A stretch of 64,000 nt of DNA from Pontiella sp. Lineage in GTDB: Bacteria > Verrucomicrobiota > Kiritimatiellia > Kiritimatiellales > Pontiellaceae. This document shows positions 39,401-47,984 of this stretch, piece after piece. Location of the stretch: the NCBI GenBank assembly GCA_050290185.1, contig JBNKHE010000004.1:96001-160000 (forward strand). Reading direction: 5' to 3'. Made by a program: the position numbers and the translations under genes. Numbering within the stretch: position 1 is the stretch's first letter; every line of letters begins with the position of its first letter. The notes below the pieces were generated by a model. It saw nothing but the letters and a program-made list of their open reading frames with translations, was not told the origin of the DNA and made no database searches.

Positions 39401-40871
39401 CATGCTGGATGCAGAAACCAAGGGACTCCGCAACCAGCTGAAACTCGAGCAGCAATCCAGCGAACAACTCCGCCAGAAGTTGGAAGAAATCGGAAAAGAA
39501 AAGCAGACCGTAGAGAACAACCTCGAAATCCGCACACAGGATCTCGCCAAAGCAGCACGTGAATACCGCAAGGTGGTTGATGCCTACAAGGGATCGCAGG
39601 AGAAACTCAAGCTGCTGACCGAAACGCAGGAGGCAACCCTCGCCCAGCACACGAAGGATACTAGGAATAAACTTGAACAGCTACGCGGTGTTGAGGCCGG
39701 ATTGAACAAGGAAATCCAGAAGCTTCAGGCCCAGATCAACGACCAGCAGCAGCGTATAGAAGCCCTGACCGGAAACCTGAAAGACGAAACAGAAAAGCGG
39801 GAGTTGGCCGTCAAGGAACTGCAGGATCTGCAAGCGCTTGTTGAAAGCGACAAGGAAAAAGCCGCCGCGCTTATCCAGGAGCAAACCAAGGCACTGCAAT
39901 CTCAGATCGAAGATCTTAAAACGAATGAAGAGCAGTTGGCGAACCAGCTTGAAAAGGCCCGGCAATCGGTTGCAAAGCGCGATGAGCTGATGGCCACGAT
40001 GAAGACCGAGCGGGAGCAGGCCAATACCCGGATCAAGGAAGTGGAACACCAGTTGGCAGGCATCCGCGAAGAGCATCAGGCTGAACTCAAGAAATCAATG
40101 GCTGAAATCAAACAGATCAGCCAGCTTAACAGCGTGCTGGTTGATGAACTTAACGAGACCTTGCAGAACACACTCAACCCCGTGGTTAAAACAACGATTC
40201 TCTTGGAAAAGGCTGAGAATCTGTCGCCGGAGCAGAAGCAGGATATAGCGAAGGCCAACCAGAGTTGCCGCAGTATCATCGATATGATGAACTATCGTTG
40301 TGAGCTTACCCACATCGCAGACGGCTCCGACAAAATGCGGGTGGGATGCTGCGATCTGCACGGGCTCATCACCGATATCGACCAACAGTTCAGTCACCGC
40401 GCAGACACCAAGAAACTTTTCTTTGCCGTCAGCTTTGCGCAATACCAGGCGGCCCATAATGTACCCAAACAAGTTGAAACGGATGAGCTCAAGATCCGCA
40501 AGACGCTTTCGATTCTGATTGGCTATGCTATCGAAAAGACGGAAAAAGGACGTCTGGGGCTGCATGCCACCCGTAAATCCAGCACGGATGAAACTGCACA
40601 TATCGCATTCGAACTGGCCTATACAGGCAAGGAAAGCCAGGATGAGTTGTTAGACTCGATATTTGGTGATACGAAGGAAGGCAATGATGTCGTGGACGTC
40701 CAATACGGACTCACGCTTGCACGCCACTACATCAGCATGCTCGGAGGTGAGTTCACACTCGAATACAGATCAGGTGGAATCACGGCGTTGACTCTGCAGT
40801 TCCCCTTCAAAAAGGTGGGCTCTGAAGTCATTGCATCCGAAAGCGACGAAAAAGAGGCTGGCGCAGCCTAG
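36408..40871 (+). CDS. Membrane-anchored PAS-domain, long coiled-coil protein with degenerate histidine-kinase module
   Basis: Signal plus TM; PAS patterns (GQCTYVNNAM...VHPEDR; KDTRCRYLYAS); heptad-rich residues ~495-1237; HisKA/HATPase-like C-terminus. Confidence 0.85.
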   Translation: MKKQTRFACFLGQGKFLGAMATLFLCPAASHAAMTDGPIQLSVPTYLLLGLLLVFSLIMFFIFQRRFNNTRHELRDITTELDTTRARLAETNRELECTQKDLKATTNRYQGILFDASVGMFQIGLDGQCTYVNNAMNELSGLYLKKAQQEGIVSAVHPEDRPRFENAWKAFVDNDESFLQEFRLQRKLGRELTEVHVSCRVSKVLNAKKEVESYIGWITDISSLHQRQQEEQIRTRRYHQFVNETLEGHYRLMTDQPIPITSSASKMADEIMEKMELIDCNSTFAALYGSKTDELEGKGISDLNGGCGPFKNKQDVIDFVEAGYKTVHAESVKQDSSGTRLNLINDVVGIIEDNKLVGIWGAQRNISHQKREMAEMTSQMHFMHRILNALPADVHVKDTRCRYLYASKKLADRTGISQEEWIGKTIHEVIPGTSRDHDQRAIDTMKSGKLNRIERPYEARGKSGWMETVQIPLVSDDGLVEGVVALSFEISDRKNKEAVARQKYMDLETVLKQTRGDLNQTRNEYNKTTTALSEALQKLKVIEAEKANREYEYKQHLEERKRTENNLRRNEEGLLARQRQLEEQLAKRLSELESETDKRKKWEELLSIRDEELHKAETLAKELEQQLSEAEDFLKSTQEQLIHITDQHASEFEKEAAARAAAAERLALVLQQLEQSDAKWKGEIEAIHSQHKSSINTESNARTTAEKQLAKTEKLLQKTQQEIQQMAERHSKELEEEVAERKSAAEKLIHSMEELDELRQQFNDRLDEETKLIKQELAQKQIREKALRQHEKDLEERIKELESTLQMKSREFSEQIQAREGAEVQKKQIEQRLEQMTKRQQELVARETQKLQLHIAEIRLEEVKLRKASGDIQREKEALEEILQTRSNELEKATEKQRGTEALLNETKSQLQQLSDHQDKLIASETEALRVQLVEVNRHGEELQQQLKQLQLGKKELEGSLADRNAQLEKIGKEYQQARSVLNETQTKLKQLADNQSSMLDAETKGLRNQLKLEQQSSEQLRQKLEEIGKEKQTVENNLEIRTQDLAKAAREYRKVVDAYKGSQEKLKLLTETQEATLAQHTKDTRNKLEQLRGVEAGLNKEIQKLQAQINDQQQRIEALTGNLKDETEKRELAVKELQDLQALVESDKEKAAALIQEQTKALQSQIEDLKTNEEQLANQLEKARQSVAKRDELMATMKTEREQANTRIKEVEHQLAGIREEHQAELKKSMAEIKQISQLNSVLVDELNETLQNTLNPVVKTTILLEKAENLSPEQKQDIAKANQSCRSIIDMMNYRCELTHIADGSDKMRVGCCDLHGLITDIDQQFSHRADTKKLFFAVSFAQYQAAHNVPKQVETDELKIRKTLSILIGYAIEKTEKGRLGLHATRKSSTDETAHIAFELAYTGKESQDELLDSIFGDTKEGNDVVDVQYGLTLARHYISMLGGEFTLEYRSGGITALTLQFPFKKVGSEVIASESDEKEAGAA

Positions 40872-40887
40872 ACTCAAGACCCCTTGC

Positions 40888-40916
40888 TTGACAGTGCCCT
40901 CATGCCCTCCTAACGT
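40888..40916 (+). promoter_or_regulatory. Putative sigma-70 promoter of the GH18 gene
   Basis: TTGACA-N17-TAACGT. Confidence 0.55.
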
Positions 40917-40923
40917 GAAGGGC

Positions 40924-41880
40924 ATGAAAAACGTACTTATCGCTCTCCTGATCTGCACTCGAATTGTGCTCTGCGCTTCAGCCCAGCCGGTCAACGAGGT
41001 GTGGGCTTATCTGATGAAAGGCGAGGAATCCTATTTCCCGGCCGCCTCGCCTATAACCGACGTCGCCTGCTTCAGCGCCGCCGTCAATGGCAATGGACAC
41101 CTTGAGGGAGGGCATCTGGCTCCCCCTGCCCTGCCGGCCAACCACCTGCGGTACCATCTCGTCGTTACGATGCCGTGGAATCCAACCCTTGCGCACATTT
41201 ATCTGGATCCGGAACTCCCTTTCCGCGACCGCATCATTGCAGACATTGTTCAACGTTCAAAACCCTACGACGGTATTCAGATTGATTTCGAGGGGGTTTC
41301 GAAAGAAGACGGCACCAACTATCTCAATTTTCTCGCCGCGGTTCGGAAGGTGTTGCCCAAAGAAAAACTGCTCAGCGTCGCGGTCATGGCTCGCTGGGCG
41401 GAACATAAGGCCAGCAACCCTGCGGACGCCTATGATTACGCCGTCATAAACCTGATTGCGGACCGCATCGTTGTCATGGCCTACGACGAGCACTACCGTG
41501 GAGGTCCGGCCGGCTCCATTGCATCATTGCCCTGGTGCAAAAAAGTCTATGACTACGCTCAGAAAACCATAGACCCGAACAAACTGGTCATGGGCATTCC
41601 GCTATACGGCCGTAGCTGGCAGAAGGATAAAACCGTGCACGCCTATCGCAACCCCGAAGTCTGGACCGATCTCCGCATCCGGCAGACCGAGCTGACCTCT
41701 GATCCGGAAAACGGCGGCACCTACTCCTACACCACCAACGTTACCATCGCGGTCCATTTCGAAACACTTCCTTCGCTCGATGCAAAAATGGAACTCTATG
41801 CATCAAAGCCTACTCGCGGAATCGCCTTTTGGCGTATCAGTCAGGAGCCGCTGAATTTCTGGGATCACATAGCGAAATAG
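40924..41880 (+). CDS. Glycoside hydrolase family 18 protein
   Basis: Signal peptide; YDGIQIDFE catalytic motif, VMAYDEH, KLVMGIPLYG, GIAFWRI. Confidence 0.88.
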   Translation: MKNVLIALLICTRIVLCASAQPVNEVWAYLMKGEESYFPAASPITDVACFSAAVNGNGHLEGGHLAPPALPANHLRYHLVVTMPWNPTLAHIYLDPELPFRDRIIADIVQRSKPYDGIQIDFEGVSKEDGTNYLNFLAAVRKVLPKEKLLSVAVMARWAEHKASNPADAYDYAVINLIADRIVVMAYDEHYRGGPAGSIASLPWCKKVYDYAQKTIDPNKLVMGIPLYGRSWQKDKTVHAYRNPEVWTDLRIRQTELTSDPENGGTYSYTTNVTIAVHFETLPSLDAKMELYASKPTRGIAFWRISQEPLNFWDHIAK

Positions 41881-41935
41881 CTACACCAACCGCCCCGTAT
41901 CATGTATAAAACCTTCGTTACGAAGGAGGTACTTC

Positions 41936-42124
41936 ATGAAAATGGAAGATATGATCCGGATCATCGCCGGCTCGTTCATTCTCATCTCACTAGCACTCGC
42001 CCGCTACGTGAATCCCAACTGGATTTGGTTCACCGTATTCGTCGGCGCCAATCTGTTGCAATCCGGTATCACCAAATGGTGCCTCATGGAAAAGATCCTC
42101 GCCAAGCTTGGCGTGCAAAAGTGA
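41936..42124 (+). CDS. DUF2892 (YgaP-like) small membrane protein
   Basis: IRIIAG...FVGANLLQSGITKWCLM..IL.KLG; AAGGAGG RBS. Confidence 0.88.
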   Translation: MKMEDMIRIIAGSFILISLALARYVNPNWIWFTVFVGANLLQSGITKWCLMEKILAKLGVQK

Positions 42125-42146
42125 CGATGGAGTCGTGAAGCGTGAT

Positions 42147-42181
42147 AAAAAAAACCGGTGGCTGGACATCCATGCCACCGG
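42147..42181 (-). terminator. Intrinsic terminator after purE
   Basis: A8 run then CCGGTGGC...GCCACCGG stem on the plus strand. Confidence 0.7.
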
Positions 42182-42206
42182 ATATTCACGCCTCAAACGT
42201 CACGGA

Positions 42207-42722
42207 TCAGGCTTCAAGCTCCGCTTGGAGCTCCGCATCGGCCTTGAGCACTTCCGCAGCCATGCTTTTCTTATAGGCGGTCAGCTTGCGCTTCAGCGAG
42301 GCATCGGACAACGCCATAATCTGCACCGCCAGAATCGCGGCATTGATCGCTCCGGCCTTGCCGATCGCAACGGTCGCCACCGGCACGCCCTTGGGCATCT
42401 GAACGGTGGAAAGCAATGAATCCATGCCGTCCAGGGCCCAGCCCTTGACCGGAATACCGATGACCGGAAGGATCGTATGCCCCGCCAGCACACCGGAAAG
42501 ATGCGCCGCCCCGCCCGCCGCGCCGATCACGACCTTGTAGCCGTTTTTCGCGGCGTTTTCTGCAAACTCGCAGGCTTCGTGCGGCGTGCGGTGCGCCGAC
42601 ATGATCTTGACGGTTGATTCGACGCCAAACTCTTTCAGCGTATTGTAGGTATATTCCAATACAGGCCAGTCGGATTTGCTGCCCATCACGATGGCTACGG
42701 TTGGTTTTTTCTTTGCTGCCAT
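42207..42722 (-). CDS. purE: N5-carboxyaminoimidazole ribonucleotide mutase
   Basis: MGSKSD, SAHRTP, AGGAAHLSG, QMPKGVPVATV. Confidence 0.97.
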   Translation of the reverse strand: MAAKKKPTVAIVMGSKSDWPVLEYTYNTLKEFGVESTVKIMSAHRTPHEACEFAENAAKNGYKVVIGAAGGAAHLSGVLAGHTILPVIGIPVKGWALDGMDSLLSTVQMPKGVPVATVAIGKAGAINAAILAVQIMALSDASLKRKLTAYKKSMAAEVLKADAELQAELEA

Positions 42723-42725
42723 GAA

Positions 42726-44027
42726 TTACCTCTCTTCTTTGTTTACATCGAAATTCATGCGCTTCAGTTCACGGTGCGCGATATCGTTACGGTAGAACGC
42801 ATCCTTAAAGCTGATCGTTTCCACGGCGATGTAGGCCTTGGATAACGCATCCGGCAAATCCTTGCCAAGCGAAGTGATGCCAAGCACACGTCCCCCCGCC
42901 GTTACCACCTTGCCATCCTGCAAAGCGGTCCCGGCATGGAATACCACAGTATCGTCCACAGCATTGGCCTTGTCCAGATTCTCGATCTCGTCGCCTTTGT
43001 TGTAATCGCCGGGATAGCCGCCTGCCACCATGACGACGCAGACACTGTGCTCAGGCTTCCAGCTGATCAGGTCATCGGAGAGGTTGCCATCGATGACGGC
43101 GTTGATCGCCGGCAGCATGTCGCCTTCCCAGCGGGCCAGCACGGCCTGCGTTTCGGGATCGCCAAACCGGCAGTTGAACTCCACTACGCTCGGCTGGTCG
43201 TTGTCGATCATCAGCCCGGCGTAAAGCACGCCTTTATAGGTGATTCCACGTTTCTTCAGCTCGGCCAGCGTGCGGTCGTAGACTTCTTCCTTCACTTTTT
43301 TCAACACGGTTTCATTTACGATCGATGCCGGAGAATAGGCGCCCATACCGCCGGTATTCGGTCCCTGATCTTTCTCGAAAATGCGTTTATGATCCTGCGA
43401 CGAGGCCAGCATCACCACGTTTTCACCGTCGATCAGCGCCAGGATGGAGGCTTCTTCGCCAACGAGGAAATCCTCGATAACCACGCGGCTTCCGGCATCG
43501 CCAAAGGCATTCCCTTCGAGGGCATCGCGGATGGCTTCTTCGGCCTGCTCGACCGTTTCGGCCACCGTTACGCCCTTGCCTGCAGCCAGCCCGTCTGCCT
43601 TGATGACGATCGGTGCACCGCGTTCGCGGACATAGGCACAGGCAGTATCGGGATCGGAAAAGGTTTCATAGGCCGAAGTCGGAACGCCACCGGCCTTCAT
43701 CACTTCTTTGGCAAATTGCTTGCTGCCCTCCAGCTCAGCGGCCGCCTTGCTGGGACCGAATACGCGAATGCCATCGGCTTCCAGTATATCAGTCAGTCCG
43801 GCGCACAGCGGGACTTCCGGGCCGATGACCACCAGATCGGGCCTGTTTTCGGCGCACCACGCCTTGATGCCTTCAAGATCGGTTGCCCCAAAAGAAAGGT
43901 TTGTTCCCAAGGCTGCCGTTCCGGCATTGCCAGGCGTGCAAAAAATCTGCGGCTGCGCGCTGTCGTTTGCTAGTTTCCAGGCCAACGTATGTTCGCGCCC
44001 GCCATTGCCTACCACCAATATCTTCAT
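42726..44027 (-). CDS. purD: Phosphoribosylamine-glycine ligase
   Basis: GNGGREH, LEGSKQFAK, KADGLAAGKGV, GPNTGGMGAYSP, EFNCRFGDPE. Confidence 0.97.
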   Translation of the reverse strand: MKILVVGNGGREHTLAWKLANDSAQPQIFCTPGNAGTAALGTNLSFGATDLEGIKAWCAENRPDLVVIGPEVPLCAGLTDILEADGIRVFGPSKAAAELEGSKQFAKEVMKAGGVPTSAYETFSDPDTACAYVRERGAPIVIKADGLAAGKGVTVAETVEQAEEAIRDALEGNAFGDAGSRVVIEDFLVGEEASILALIDGENVVMLASSQDHKRIFEKDQGPNTGGMGAYSPASIVNETVLKKVKEEVYDRTLAELKKRGITYKGVLYAGLMIDNDQPSVVEFNCRFGDPETQAVLARWEGDMLPAINAVIDGNLSDDLISWKPEHSVCVVMVAGGYPGDYNKGDEIENLDKANAVDDTVVFHAGTALQDGKVVTAGGRVLGITSLGKDLPDALSKAYIAVETISFKDAFYRNDIAHRELKRMNFDVNKEER

Positions 44028-44124
44028 TCACTTGCTCCTTGATAAAACCCAATCCTCCACGGCACATTCATTCTTTATTGAAAACCGTAGACGCGCATTC
44101 TGTTGCGGCCTTGGAAGCTATCAG

Positions 44125-45159
44125 ATGAAAACAGACCTGTTCAACTATGATCTACCGCCGGAGCTCATCGCCCAGCATCCGCCTAAACGGCGCGAGCTGG
44201 CCCGCATGATGGTGCTCCATCGCGAAAGCGGCAAAATCGAGCATAAATCCATCACCGCCATCCCCGACTATCTCCACGCGCCCGACGTGCTGGTCCTCAA
44301 TAATACAAAGGTCATCCCGGCCCGCATTTTCGGTCACAAGGCTTCCTCCGGCGGCAAAGTCGAATTGTTGCTGCTCGAAGAAGCCTCACCGGGCGAGTGG
44401 AAGGTCCTGATGAAAACATCGCGCCGGCCGAAAATCGGCGATGAACTGGTTCTCTGTTCCGGCAAGGCCCGCGCCACGATGCTCTACGACGGGGAACAAG
44501 GCGAAGCAGTATTGAAAGTCGAATCCGAGCGGCCGTTGATGGAAATCCTCGACGAAGAGGGAGTCCCCCCCCTGCCCCCCTATATTGCCCGCAAGGAGCA
44601 GACGCGCGAACAGATTGCTGTTGATAAGGAGCGCTACCAGACCGTCTACGCCTCCGCTCCCGGCGCCGCCGCTGCACCGACTGCCGGACTGCACTTTACT
44701 CCGGAGTTGCTCGGCATACTAGGAGACAAAGGAATCAAAAAAGCCGAACTGACACTCCATGTCGGCCTCGGCACCTTCCGTCCCGTTTCGGCGGAACTCA
44801 TCACCGAGCACGAAATGCACCACGAGCGTTATGCGATCTCCCCCACCGCCGCCGAAACGATCAACACCGCAAAACAAGCCGGAGGCCGCGTCGTCGCCGT
44901 CGGCTCCACCTCGGTGCGGACGCTGGAATCCGTGGATCCGATTCACGAGGCCGAAGGCTCGACCAACATCTTCATCTACCCGCCCTACGACTTCAAAAAC
45001 GTCGATGTCATCCTCACCAACTTCCATCTGCCCAAATCGACATTATTAATGATGATGTCCGCCTTCGCCGGCCGCGAGCTGATGATGAAAGCCTATGAAA
45101 CCGCTGTCCGGGAAAAATATCGCTTCTTCAGCTACGGCGATTGTATGCTGATTCTTTAA
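44125..45159 (+). CDS. queA: S-adenosylmethionine:tRNA ribosyltransferase-isomerase
   Basis: LPPELIAQHP, PLPPYI, AAPTAGLHFT, LHVGLGTFRPV, TNFHLPKST, YRFFSYGD; start moved to ATG 44125. Confidence 0.97.
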   Translation: MKTDLFNYDLPPELIAQHPPKRRELARMMVLHRESGKIEHKSITAIPDYLHAPDVLVLNNTKVIPARIFGHKASSGGKVELLLLEEASPGEWKVLMKTSRRPKIGDELVLCSGKARATMLYDGEQGEAVLKVESERPLMEILDEEGVPPLPPYIARKEQTREQIAVDKERYQTVYASAPGAAAAPTAGLHFTPELLGILGDKGIKKAELTLHVGLGTFRPVSAELITEHEMHHERYAISPTAAETINTAKQAGGRVVAVGSTSVRTLESVDPIHEAEGSTNIFIYPPYDFKNVDVILTNFHLPKSTLLMMMSAFAGRELMMKAYETAVREKYRFFSYGDCMLIL

Positions 45160-45168
45160 AACTGGGAC

Positions 45169-45197
45169 TTGAAAGCACCCCTGTCCTTTCGTATTAA
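45169..45197 (+). promoter_or_regulatory. Putative promoter of htpG
   Basis: TTGAAA-N17-TATTAA. Confidence 0.35.
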
Positions 45198-45256
45198 AAA
45201 CGACCGTTTTTCGTAAACAATCCCAATTCTGGGCATTAACACAGGAGATTATTGAT

Positions 45257-47119
45257 ATGGCTAAAAAGACGATGAAGTTTAAGACCGAGTTGGAGCAACT
45301 GCTGCATCTGATCACCCATTCGCTTTATTCCCACCGCGAGGTGTTCCTGCGGGAGCTGATTTCCAATGCCTGCGACGCCATCGACAAGGTGCGCTTCGAA
45401 GGTCTTAACAATGAGGAGATCCTGGAAGGCCACTCCGACTGGAAGATTACCATCAAGGCTGACGCGGATGCCAAAACACTGACCATTTCGGATAACGGCA
45501 TCGGCATGTCGAAGGAGCAGGTCATCGAAAACCTCGGAACCATCGCCCACTCCGGCACCAAGGCCTTTCTGGCCAAGGCCAAGGAAGCCGATCTCGCAAA
45601 CAATCCGGAGCTGATCGGTCAGTTCGGCGTTGGCTTCTACGCCTCCTTCATGGTGGCCGACGACGTGACCGTGGTTACCAAAGCCCATGGCGAAGATGCC
45701 GTTAAATGGGAATCCAAAGGAACCGGAAGCTTTACCCTCTCCGACGCCGACAAGGAAAGTCGCGGAACCGACATCACCCTCCACCTCAAAGAAGATGCGG
45801 CGGAATACCTCGAAGAGTGGACCATACGCTCCACGGTAAAGAAGTTCTCCGACTTCCTCGAACATCCGGTTGTTCTCCTCAAGAAAGTGAAGGACGAGGA
45901 AACGGAAATCGAAGAAGAGAAGGAAGAGCAGATCAATACCCAGAAGGCGATCTGGTTGCGGCCCAAGAACGAAATCACAGACGAGGAATACGGCGAGTTC
46001 TATAAGCACATCTCGCACGACATGAACAACCCCGCCGAAACCATCCACTACAACGCCGAAGGCGCGATCGAGTTCAAAGCCCTGCTCTTCATCCCCGAAG
46101 CCAAGCCCTTCGACATGATGATGAACAACGATCCGAAGGCGCATCTGAACCTCTATGTCCAGCGCGTATTCATCTCCAACGAGTTCGACAACCTGTTGCC
46201 GGGCTACCTGCGATTCGTCAAAGGCGTGGTCGACTCCTCCGACCTTCCGCTCAACGTCTCGCGCGAAATCCTGCAGGATAATCCGTTGCTGGACAAGATC
46301 CGCAAGAACCTCGTCGGCCGGGTGCTGAAGACCTTGGCCAACATGAAGAAGAAGGACTACAAGGAGTTTGAAATCTTCCATACTAATTTCAGCTCCATCC
46401 TTAAGGAAGGCCTGCAGACCGACTGGGAAAACAAGGAAAAGATTGCCGACCTCCTGCTGTTTGAAACCACCGCCAAGCCCGCAGGTGAAAAGACCTGTTT
46501 CGCCGACTATGTTGAAAACATGGCGGAAGGCCAGGAAGAGATCCTCTACCTCGCCGGGGAAAACCGTACAGCCATCGAAAACGCGCCCTATCTCGAAGCC
46601 TTCAAGGCCGAGGGCAAGGAAGTGCTGCTCATGACCGATCCGATCGACGACTTTGTTATTCCGCAGCTGATGGAATACAAGGGCAAAAAGCTCAAGGCCG
46701 TCAACAAGGGTGAGATCGACGAGGACAAGGACAAGCTCAAGGAAGAGGAAAAACAGTTCGAAGGCCTGATTGGCTTTGCCAAGGATCTGCTCTCTGGCGT
46801 CAAGGAAGTCAAGCTGACGACCCGCCTCAAGGACAGCGCCGCCTGTCTGGTCGGCGACGAATATTCCATGAGCCCGCACATCGAGGAAATGATGCGCCGC
46901 ATGGGCCAGGAAGTCCCGCCGCGCGAGAGCGTGCTCGAACTCAACCCGGAACATGCCGTTGTTAAAAAGCTACAGGCGCTCTACGACGCCGATGCAAAAG
47001 ACCCGAAGGTCGAAACGCTGACAAAGCTCCTTCACGATCAGGCGGTCATTGCCTCCGGCGCCAAGCTCGACGATCCGGCCGGCTTCGCCACCCGCCTCAA
47101 TGCGGTCCTGGCCGACTAG
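45257..47119 (+). CDS. htpG: Chaperone HtpG (Hsp90)
   Basis: FLRELISNA, DNGIGM, IGQFGVGFY, DLPLNVSREILQ. Confidence 0.98.
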   Translation: MAKKTMKFKTELEQLLHLITHSLYSHREVFLRELISNACDAIDKVRFEGLNNEEILEGHSDWKITIKADADAKTLTISDNGIGMSKEQVIENLGTIAHSGTKAFLAKAKEADLANNPELIGQFGVGFYASFMVADDVTVVTKAHGEDAVKWESKGTGSFTLSDADKESRGTDITLHLKEDAAEYLEEWTIRSTVKKFSDFLEHPVVLLKKVKDEETEIEEEKEEQINTQKAIWLRPKNEITDEEYGEFYKHISHDMNNPAETIHYNAEGAIEFKALLFIPEAKPFDMMMNNDPKAHLNLYVQRVFISNEFDNLLPGYLRFVKGVVDSSDLPLNVSREILQDNPLLDKIRKNLVGRVLKTLANMKKKDYKEFEIFHTNFSSILKEGLQTDWENKEKIADLLLFETTAKPAGEKTCFADYVENMAEGQEEILYLAGENRTAIENAPYLEAFKAEGKEVLLMTDPIDDFVIPQLMEYKGKKLKAVNKGEIDEDKDKLKEEEKQFEGLIGFAKDLLSGVKEVKLTTRLKDSAACLVGDEYSMSPHIEEMMRRMGQEVPPRESVLELNPEHAVVKKLQALYDADAKDPKVETLTKLLHDQAVIASGAKLDDPAGFATRLNAVLAD

Positions 47120-47130
47120 CCGGATTCCTG

Positions 47131-47180
47131 AAACACGAAGGCGCGAAGCACAACAAGCTTCGTGCCCTTCGTGTCTTTCC
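47131..47180. repeat. CACGAAG/CTTCGTG-unit inverted intergenic element
   Basis: ACACGAAGGCGCGAAG ... CTTCGTGCC CTTCGTGTC; between convergent genes. Confidence 0.7.
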
Positions 47181-47182
47181 GT

Positions 47183-47791
47183 TTAATCCTGCAGCCCGAA
47201 AAACTCCGTTGCGGCTTTCCGAACGGCCGCATGATTTTCAGGGATGAACTGGTGGGCATGGATGCCCGCGGCACGGGCGGCCTCGACATTCTCCGGCCGG
47301 TCGTCGATAAAGAAGCATTGTTCCCCGGCAACCCCCAACTGTTCCACCGTATGGCGATAGATCGCCGCATCCGGTTTTCGGACTCCGATCTGATAGGACA
47401 GGAACATTCCGGCGGCCCCATTGAAGAAACCGTTCCAGTTTTGTTGAATGGCATCGATGTGGTGCTTGGCAATATTGCTAAGCGTATAGACCGGAATTTC
47501 CGCCTGCGTAGCGCCCTCGAACAGGTTGCGCCCAACTTCATTGATCGAAAACATCCTCGACCACACCTCCGTCAGGTCATCCACCGTCCAGGAAAGTCCC
47601 TTTTCCGCATTCAGGTAGCCGACATATTCCGCATCGCTGATCACCCCCTTCTCCACCTCGTCGATCTTTTCCAGATCGCGCGCCGTAAGCGGTTCCTCCG
47701 CCCTACCTGTGCAATTGGCCACTTCCCGCAAAAAGTCCTGGGTATCGAAATTCACCAGCACATGCCCGATATCGAATAGAAAATATTTCAT
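47183..47791 (-). CDS. HAD-superfamily phosphatase (YihX-like)
   Basis: FLFDIGHVL, LSN, RKPD, FIDDRPENV. Confidence 0.9.
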   Translation of the reverse strand: MKYFLFDIGHVLVNFDTQDFLREVANCTGRAEEPLTARDLEKIDEVEKGVISDAEYVGYLNAEKGLSWTVDDLTEVWSRMFSINEVGRNLFEGATQAEIPVYTLSNIAKHHIDAIQQNWNGFFNGAAGMFLSYQIGVRKPDAAIYRHTVEQLGVAGEQCFFIDDRPENVEAARAAGIHAHQFIPENHAAVRKAATEFFGLQD

Positions 47792-47893
47792 GCCACCACG
47801 TTTTCAGTCCCTGCCGGAAATCGCAACTCCATTCTTGTGCATCGCATGAATAATTCAGGGTAAAGTGTTTTGGGATCAACGGCAGGCGTTTCG

Positions 47894-47983
47894 TTGGAGG
47901 GTCGACGTCCTCGTCGACCGCGTGCCACTTTGCGGGAGCGCTCTCGCAAGACGGGGCGGACAGCGAGGACGCTGTCCCTCCAA
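47894..47983. repeat. Inverted REP-like doublet (GGAG family)
   Basis: TTGGAG-GGTCGACG-TCCT-CGTCGACC and, on the minus strand, TTGGAG-GGACAGCG-TCCT-CGCTGTCC. Confidence 0.75.
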
Positions 47984-47984
47984 T

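Noticed and set aside
43708..44124. N-terminal extension of the queA ORF (similar extensions on nfo, rlmD, GH18, the FAD oxidoreductase and the pseudouridine synthase)
   Set aside because: These extensions overlap neighbouring genes or lack family similarity; downstream ATGs match the expected family starts.
45160..45256. CIRCE or sigma-32 heat-shock element upstream of htpG
   Set aside because: No TTAGCACTC-N9-GAGTGCTAA; CTTGAAA is present but there is no properly spaced CCCCAT box.
45236..46954. 572-aa ORF antisense to htpG
   Set aside because: Shadow frame of a strongly codon-biased gene; no independent evidence.
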